Assembly (NCBI RefSeq): GCF_025370875.1
Contig: NZ_JAMXFD010000004.1
Location: forward strand, 196,777-260,776
Direction: 5' to 3'
From: Laspinema palackyanum D2c
Lineage (GTDB): Bacteria; Cyanobacteriota; Cyanobacteriia; Cyanobacteriales; Laspinemataceae
Length of the DNA: 64,000 bases
In this document: positions 60,006 to 64,000 of the stretch, in pieces
How positions within the stretch are numbered: position 1 is the first letter of the stretch
How the letters are laid out: every line of letters begins with the position of its first letter
Notes under the pieces: model-generated
Database searches by the model: none
What the model saw: only the letters and a program-made list of their open reading frames with translations
Told to the model about the DNA's origin: nothing
Position numbers and translations under genes: made by a program

Positions 60006-61472
60006 ATGACTTCCCAACCCATTCTCCTCTGGTATCGCAACGATTTGCGTGTCCATGATCACGAACCGCTGTATCGCGCCATCCAAACCCATGCGCCGAT
60101 TATCCCGATCTATTGTTTCGACCCCAGACAATTTTCTAAAACTTCTTATGGATTTCCAAAAACCGGCCCATTCCGCGCCCAGTTTTTACTCGAAAGTGTG
60201 GCGAACCTGCGTCAATCCCTGCAAAACTTGGGCAGTAACTTAATTATTAAAATTGGAAAACCTGAATCAATTTTACCGCAAATCGCCCAACAAGTCAATG
60301 CCTCAGCGATTTATTTCCATCAGGAAGTAACAGCGGAAGAAATTGCAGTAGAAACGGCACTGTCTCAAGGGGTTAAACCTCTGAACATTGCGCTCAAATC
60401 CTTCTGGGGACATACTCTATATCATCGCGATCGCCTCCCCTTTGATATTCCCAATATTCCCGAACTGTTCACCCACTTTCGCAAACAAGTGGAAAAAACA
60501 GCTACCCCAGATTCCTGCTTTCCCACTCCCACCGAGTTGCCACCGTTACCGGAAATTGAGACAGGAAAATTACCCAGATTAACAGAATTAGGCGTGGAAA
60601 AAGTTGCGATCGCCTCCAAAGCAGTCCTCCCCTTTACCGGAGGAGAAAGCGCCGGAATTGCGCGATTGCAGGACTATTTTTGGAGTGGCGATCGTCTGCA
60701 AACCTACAAAGAAACCCGCAACGGAATGCTAGGTCCCGATTATTCCTCCAAATTTTCCCCCTGGTTATCCTTGGGTTGCCTCTCCCCCCGCTACATTTAC
60801 CAACAAGTCCAAGACTACGAAACCCAACGCCTCAAAAACGACTCCACCTATTGGCTCATTTTCGAGTTACTTTGGCGAGATTACTTCCGGTTCATCTGTG
60901 CCAAACATGGCAACGCCATCTTCCGTCAATCCGGATTACAAGGAGTAAGCATTCCCTGGGAAGAAGACTGGCAAAAGTTCACCCTCTGGCAACAAGGAAA
61001 AACCGGCTTTCCTCTTGTAGATGCCAATATGCGGGAACTCGCTGCCACCGGATTCATGTCCAATCGAGGCAGACAAAACGTCGCCAGTTTCCTAACTAAA
61101 AACCTCGGCATCAATTGGCAGATGGGGGCGGAATGGTTTGAGTCTCTGCTGATTGATTATGATGTTTGTAGCAATTGGGGAAATTGGAACTACACTGCTG
61201 GAGTGGGAAATGATGCCCGGGGATTTAGATTTTTTAATATTATCAAACAATCCAAAGATTATGACCCCGACGGCAAGTATGTAAAGCATTGGTTACCGGA
61301 ATTGGCAGCAGTTCCGGCAGCTAAAGTGCATGAACCTGGGAAATTATTGCCAGTGGAACAGCAGCGGTTCGGAGTAAAAATTGGAGTAGATTATCCCCAT
61401 CCTATCGTTGATTTATTTGAGTCAGCAAAAGCCAATGAGCAGGTCTACAAATCCGCTTTCAAACGTTCGTAG
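60006..61472 (+). CDS. Cryptochrome DASH (photolyase family).
   Basis: LLWYRNDLRVHDHEPL at the N-terminus. FAD-binding C-terminal motifs (TGFPLVDANMREL, FMSNRGRQNVASFL, WGNWNYTAGVGND). The TAG stop is supplied by a hairpin-repeat unit. Confidence 0.9.
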   Translation: MTSQPILLWYRNDLRVHDHEPLYRAIQTHAPIIPIYCFDPRQFSKTSYGFPKTGPFRAQFLLESVANLRQSLQNLGSNLIIKIGKPESILPQIAQQVNASAIYFHQEVTAEEIAVETALSQGVKPLNIALKSFWGHTLYHRDRLPFDIPNIPELFTHFRKQVEKTATPDSCFPTPTELPPLPEIETGKLPRLTELGVEKVAIASKAVLPFTGGESAGIARLQDYFWSGDRLQTYKETRNGMLGPDYSSKFSPWLSLGCLSPRYIYQQVQDYETQRLKNDSTYWLIFELLWRDYFRFICAKHGNAIFRQSGLQGVSIPWEEDWQKFTLWQQGKTGFPLVDANMRELAATGFMSNRGRQNVASFLTKNLGINWQMGAEWFESLLIDYDVCSNWGNWNYTAGVGNDARGFRFFNIIKQSKDYDPDGKYVKHWLPELAAVPAAKVHEPGKLLPVEQQRFGVKIGVDYPHPIVDLFESAKANEQVYKSAFKRS

Positions 61473-61539
61473 TAACGACTTCAGTCGTTTCCGGATGTAG
61501 GGAGAGACGGGAATTTTCTCGTCTCTCCCATTGCTCTCA
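61461..61539. repeat. Hairpin-family unit (TTCGTAGTAACGACTTCAGTCGTTTCC) overlapping the cry stop codon, then a second hairpin (GGGAGAGACG-GGAATTTTCT-CGTCTCTCCC). Candidate bidirectional terminator between the convergent Cry-DASH and LepB-like genes.
   Basis: Read directly. Confidence 0.7.
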
Positions 61540-61570
61540 TTCTCCGGTTTGGATGACTGGATTATGCCAA

Positions 61571-62623
61571 TTATTGAATCGCCCCTTGCCTATCCGGTGG
61601 CCAAAATATTTTGTTGGCTTTTCCCACAATATTTTCTTTAGGGACAAATCCCCAGTAGTGGCTATCATAGCTATTATTGCGGTTATCTCCTAACACTAAA
61701 TAATTATTTTCAGGAATCGTAACGGGTCCGTACTGATAGGTAGGAGGTTCAGCAATGTAAGGTTCTTCCAAAGGTTGGTTATTAATCTTAACCTGTCCAT
61801 TACTGACTTCCACTGTTTCTCCGGGTAAACCGATAAGTCGTTTAATAAAATCGTCTTTGAAATTTTGTTCTTGGAGAGTTTGAGTGGGTGAAAAAATGAT
61901 AACATCCCCCCGTTCAGGTGCATTGAATTTATAAGTTATTTTGTCAATAATTAGTCGATCATCTATTTGCAAGGTAGGTATCATAGCTCCCGAGGGTATA
62001 TAGCGAGTTTCAATGACAGACCTTTGGAGAGAAAGCATTGCGAATGATACAACCAGAGAAGCAATAACGAATAAACCAATGAGTAAGGGTGCTTTCTCTT
62101 GAGAAATGTCTTTTTTCTTGTTCATCAATTGATAAACATGGAAAGCGGCCCCAAATCGCAATATTACCACAAATATTTTAGGTGCAAGTACGGCAACGAC
62201 TATCGTAGCGATAGCAAAAACAAGTCCTTCACCTATTTTTTTAATGTAAAAATGACCCAACCCTGGAAACAATAGGGAAAGGAAAACTGCTAACCACGGG
62301 TCTTTTTTTGATTTTCTTAAATTTTCAAATTGTGGGCTATTACTCTTTCTTGCCGAGGCATGAGCATCAAAGAGATTCCAGAGAGTTAAACCCAAAATTA
62401 TCAGTAAGGCAAGCAGGGTCAACAGCCAATTAATAGTAGGCAGTAATAATGACCACAGAAACAGTCCGAAACTTCCCAGCCAAACTGCTATAATTATCAG
62501 TCCTCGGAATAGATTACCTGCGTAAATTTGCCCAGCACCTGGGATAATTCGTGATAAAATTACCGCAATCCAAGGTTGCTTTTCTGCTTGAGATGATGAG
62601 GAACTTGTAGAAGATAGAGTCAT
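61571..62623 (-). CDS. Signal peptidase I (S26) homolog with the catalytic Ser replaced by Ala, and a ~200-aa N-terminal multi-TM extension containing a duplicated GxGxxY motif.
   Basis: Box B reads IPSGAMIPTL, where canonical is SGSMxPTL with the nucleophile immediately before Met. Box D Lys is retained (KRLIGLPGE). Box E is retained (GDNRNNSYDSHYWGFVP). N-terminal repeats PWIAVILSRIIPGAGQIYAGNLFRGL and PWLAVFLSLLFPGLGHFYIKKIGEGL. Confidence 0.75.
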   Translation of the reverse strand: MTLSSTSSSSSQAEKQPWIAVILSRIIPGAGQIYAGNLFRGLIIIAVWLGSFGLFLWSLLLPTINWLLTLLALLIILGLTLWNLFDAHASARKSNSPQFENLRKSKKDPWLAVFLSLLFPGLGHFYIKKIGEGLVFAIATIVVAVLAPKIFVVILRFGAAFHVYQLMNKKKDISQEKAPLLIGLFVIASLVVSFAMLSLQRSVIETRYIPSGAMIPTLQIDDRLIIDKITYKFNAPERGDVIIFSPTQTLQEQNFKDDFIKRLIGLPGETVEVSNGQVKINNQPLEEPYIAEPPTYQYGPVTIPENNYLVLGDNRNNSYDSHYWGFVPKENIVGKANKIFWPPDRQGAIQ

Positions 62624-62924
62624 GGTTTTTTGACAATAATTAGGGATTCATCAGAAACAAGTCGATACCCTTATTGCGTGAAATAATTGTATCGATGTGA
62701 AAGCCAATTAAAGGGGAGATCAAAGGGGTAGATGTTATTAAAAGGAACCTCGGAAAGGACTAAAGTCCTGACAGTGGCGTTGATAAGCCCGATGCCAGAT
62801 CAGCCCTGTAGCAAGTTACCCTCTAAGAACCTGGGAACAGACTGCCCGATCGCCCTACTTTTAATTTAACCACAAATCTGCCTTTGAAACCGAGTATCCC
62901 GGTGAATCCCTTGAGGGGTTCCAT

Positions 62925-63045
62925 GAAGATGACTCCTGAAGGAGTCACTACGAACGTTTGTAGTAACCCCTTGAGGGGTTGCCTGAAGATGACTCCTGAA
63001 GGAGTCCCTACGAACGTTTGTTTGTAGTAACCCCATGTACAGAAA
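62925..63045. repeat. Two tandem ~52-bp composite hairpin units (GTAGTAACCCCTTGAGGGGTTGCCTGAAGATGACTCCTGAAGGAGTCACTACGAACG).
   Basis: Direct repeat units at about 62947 and 62999, each with two stem-loops. Same family as 5471-5535. Confidence 0.8.
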
Positions 63046-63105
63046 TAGTCCAATTGATTGAGATGCGCGATAAACTGTTATAAAATAACGCTTTATTTTA
63101 CGCCG

Positions 63106-63795
63106 ATGACTGCTATTTCTGTGCTGAATACTCCCCCTTTAGAAAGTGGCGATCGCCTCACTCGTGAGGAGTTCGAGCATCGCTACGATGTTGCACCGGA
63201 TATTAAAAAAGCTGAATTAGTTGAAGGAGTTGTTTTTGTGCCGTCCCCCGTTCGTGCGAATCGGCATGGTAACCCTCATGCAATTATGATGGCTTGGTTA
63301 GGCACTTATTGGATGGCAACACCGGGGGTAGGGTTCTATGACAATGCCACGGTTCGTCTGGATGAAGAGAATGAACCTCAACCGGATGCTTTATTACGCC
63401 TTGAACCGGCAGTGGGTGGCAATTCTTGGATTAGTGAGGATGACTATATTGAAGGGTCACCGGAATTGATTGTGGAAATTGCTGCTTCTAGTGCCAGTTA
63501 TGACTTGAATGATAAGCTGAATGCCTATCAACGGAACGGGGTTCAGGAATATATTGTCTGGCAAATTTATGAAAATAAATTGGATTGGTTTATTTTAGAA
63601 GAAGGTCGATATGTTTCCCTAGTGCCGGATGAACAAGGAATTTTGCGATCGCAGGTATTTCCGGGTCTCTGGTTGTCTGTAGAAGCCTTACAACAAAAAG
63701 AGGGTGCGACTCTCAATGCTATTTTGCAGCAAGGGTTACAAACAGCAGAACATCAAGAATTTGTGCAGCGTTTAGGGCAGTTTTCAGGGGAGTGA
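63106..63795 (+). CDS. Uma2-family (DUF820) putative endonuclease.
   Basis: LTREEFEHRYDVAPDIKKAELVEGVVFVPSPVRANRHGNPHAIMMAW ... PDALLRLEP ... PELIVEIAASS. The ORF track starts at 63058, so the conserved region suggests the Met at 63106. Confidence 0.75.
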   Translation: MTAISVLNTPPLESGDRLTREEFEHRYDVAPDIKKAELVEGVVFVPSPVRANRHGNPHAIMMAWLGTYWMATPGVGFYDNATVRLDEENEPQPDALLRLEPAVGGNSWISEDDYIEGSPELIVEIAASSASYDLNDKLNAYQRNGVQEYIVWQIYENKLDWFILEEGRYVSLVPDEQGILRSQVFPGLWLSVEALQQKEGATLNAILQQGLQTAEHQEFVQRLGQFSGE

Positions 63796-64000
63796 AGGAC
63801 AGGATATTCAGATTGAGGTAAAAAACCGGGTTCCTCTCGTCAATATCTCTCCATTCCCTCCTGGAATCATCCCCCATCCTTTAACACCGCTAAACCCCCT
63901 GACTCCCTAACATCCCTTTAACTCACGATAAAATAAAGAGATAAAGAGTTCGGAGGGCCAGTTTCCTGGTCAATACGCCTATCGAAACGATATATGGACA

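Noticed and set aside
1-64000. tRNA, rRNA and tmRNA genes
   Set aside because: I looked for T-loop-like GTTCGAATC/GTTCAAATC contexts and cloverleaf-compatible flanks and found none. The only near-matches (38640, 56300) lie in a palindromic repeat and inside ndhF respectively.

Overview
The window reads as chromosomal DNA from a filamentous cyanobacterium. The octamer GCGATCGC (HIP1) is present in dozens of copies in both coding and non-coding sequence. The gene content is cyanobacterial: ndhF, ndhD, Cry-DASH, DapL, CtpA, a cyanobacterial AbrB-like regulator and three Uma2/DUF820 paralogs. About 45 protein-coding genes are supportable, on both strands. Housekeeping genes are ureC, adhE, pgk, cysK, dapL, ispG, ctpA, rbgA, ndhF, ndhD, the Cry-DASH gene, a doubled ABC ATPase, a WecB/TagA glycosyltransferase and a GH15/phosphorylase-kinase-like gene. 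Accessory genes are interspersed among them. The most striking accessory gene encodes a full-length major vault protein (MVP) homolog at 5722-8370, with motif-level near-identity to metazoan MVP. It lies next to a secreted CHAT-protease operon whose gene carries internal 12-bp and 15-bp coding repeats. A second accessory island at 35987-41102 is a co-directional cluster on the minus strand: a bacterial dynamin-like GTPase, a P-loop (AAA_33, polynucleotide-kinase-like) kinase, a decayed ORF, a small Ras-like P-loop GTPase and a tail-anchored membrane partner. It may be an uncharacterised GTPase-based system. Other notable genes are a receptor-like protein with two tandem degenerate Ser/Thr-kinase domains, a TM helix and TPR repeats, and a signal-peptidase-I homolog whose catalytic Ser is replaced by Ala and which carries an N-terminal multi-TM extension. 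There is also a thioredoxin with a CGIC active site, a HicAB toxin-antitoxin pair, and a PIN-domain gene with a small downstream partner. Non-coding space holds several dispersed repeat families. One is a palindromic hairpin unit (TTCGTAGTAACGACTTCAGTCGTTACTACGAA and stem variants), seen singly and in 36-bp tandem arrays. Another is STRR-like GATGGGGA octamer tracts. There are also 55-87 bp double-hairpin elements, one of them bounded by inverted repeats like a miniature inverted-repeat transposable element (MITE). No CRISPR array, rRNA or tRNA gene was recognised.
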